IMG/VR virus record: IMGVR_UViG_3300037418_001071
Span: 440 to 64,439 of that record
Length of the DNA stretch: 64,000 nucleotides
Source: a virus
Taxonomy: Duplodnaviria; Caudoviricetes
Reading direction: 5' to 3' (one strand)
How positions within the stretch are numbered: the first letter of the stretch is position 1; each line of letters starts with the position of its first letter. The notes beneath the pieces were generated by a model. It was not told where the DNA came from. It saw only the letters and a program-made list of their open reading frames with translations, and did no database searches. Below are positions 63,366 through 64,000 of this stretch, piece after piece. The position numbers and the translations under genes are program-made.

Positions 63366-63646
63366 CGTGCATACGCTTCGCAGGCGGCATCATCTGCGTC
63401 AACCCGTGGGGACGATTGCACATCGGTAATCGCTACATATGGGTTGACTTTCATGAATACTGCGGGCCGACCTTTTTCACAGATCGCTACATGAACACGA
63501 TCTACGAGCCGGCCGATGAGAACGATCCTGTATGGGACGCATTCTACGACTGGCACAAGAAATACGAAGCCAAGAAAAAAATTCGCGACAAGCAGCGCGC
63601 ATCCCAGGCTGCATCTCACGACACGAAAGGATCTCGCGATGAGTGA
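63362..63646 (+). CDS. Hypothetical protein
   Basis: 94 aa, ATGA-coupled. Confidence 0.55.
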   Translation: MTCIRFAGGIICVNPWGRLHIGNRYIWVDFHEYCGPTFFTDRYMNTIYEPADENDPVWDAFYDWHKKYEAKKKIRDKQRASQAASHDTKGSRDE

Positions 63647-64000
63647 TCAAATGAACCTGTTGCCGTGCCCGTTTTGCGGAGGCACCGATGCATTTGTCGA
63701 GCGCTTGGATTATTCGGCCGCATATGTGCAGTGCGATAGCCGGATCGACGAGCACAGTGCGTGTATGGCGCGCGGGCCTGTCGGCGTCCAAGACGATGAT
63801 GGCGAAGAAATCCCAGGCGCAGCTGCCGCCATCAGGGCATGGAACGAGCAAGCCGCCCGTCGCACCGCTCCTTCCGCCCCTATGGGGGAAGAACTGCCGG
63901 CGCTGCTCGATCAGGTTGCCGACGACATCGAGCCTGTCGCTGCATTTACTCCGAATGGACGTGCGGTCAAGTGGCACCCAAGTTATCAGGCGAGCGAAGG
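63639..64000 (+). CDS. Lar-like (restriction alleviation) Zn-finger protein fused to the repeated module; runs off the window end
   Basis: LLPCPFCGG..C....CMARGP......AIRAWN; not in the ORF track because no stop is reached. Confidence 0.7.
   Translation, partial: MSDQMNLLPCPFCGGTDAFVERLDYSAAYVQCDSRIDEHSACMARGPVGVQDDDGEEIPGAAAAIRAWNEQAARRTAPSAPMGEELPALLDQVADDIEPVAAFTPNGRAVKWHPSYQASE
63874..64000 (+). repeat. Copy of 345-471
   Basis: 127-bp identity. Confidence 0.95.

Noticed and set aside
1-64000. CRISPR array, reverse transcriptase/DGR, IS transposase, rRNA
   Set aside because: No regularly spaced repeats and no RT, transposase or rRNA signatures seen

Overview
The whole window is one temperate siphophage (lambdoid gene order, GTA-like tail tip), GC-rich. 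The host is probably a betaproteobacterium (Burkholderiales/Oxalobacteraceae-like), inferred from a DUF2471-like gene and CTGT-N8-ACAG SOS boxes. No host housekeeping genes are present. xis, an uninterrupted attP-like region and int are adjacent, so this looks like the excised/virion form. Order: mosaic early genes, xis-attP-int (1.3-3.1 kb), a STAS-HATPase/STAS cassette, a LexA-boxed cassette, then on the minus strand lysis, tail, head and terminase (5.4-35.7 kb) with plus-strand morons (acyltransferase, Mrr-like nuclease). Next come an acr-aca-like three-gene operon, hicAB, a structured late leader with a tRNA-like element, pR'/tR' and a Q-like gene, nin-like and replication genes (DnaB, MTase, DUF1376 initiator), the cro/cI switch, and the plus-strand early operon (structured RNAs, recombination genes, cassette-like mosaic genes). 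The last 127 bp are identical to 345-471 but have a different upstream sequence. Best leads: (1) an acr-aca-like anti-defence operon; (2) shared N-terminal pro-peptides on scaffold and capsid plus an Ntn protease; (3) a pseudoknotted RNA and a hairpin motif shared by early and late leaders; (4) the STAS-HATPase cassette; (5) a peptidase-less CI with a convergent protein mimicking its C-terminus. All family assignments come from motifs recognised by eye; no searches were run.
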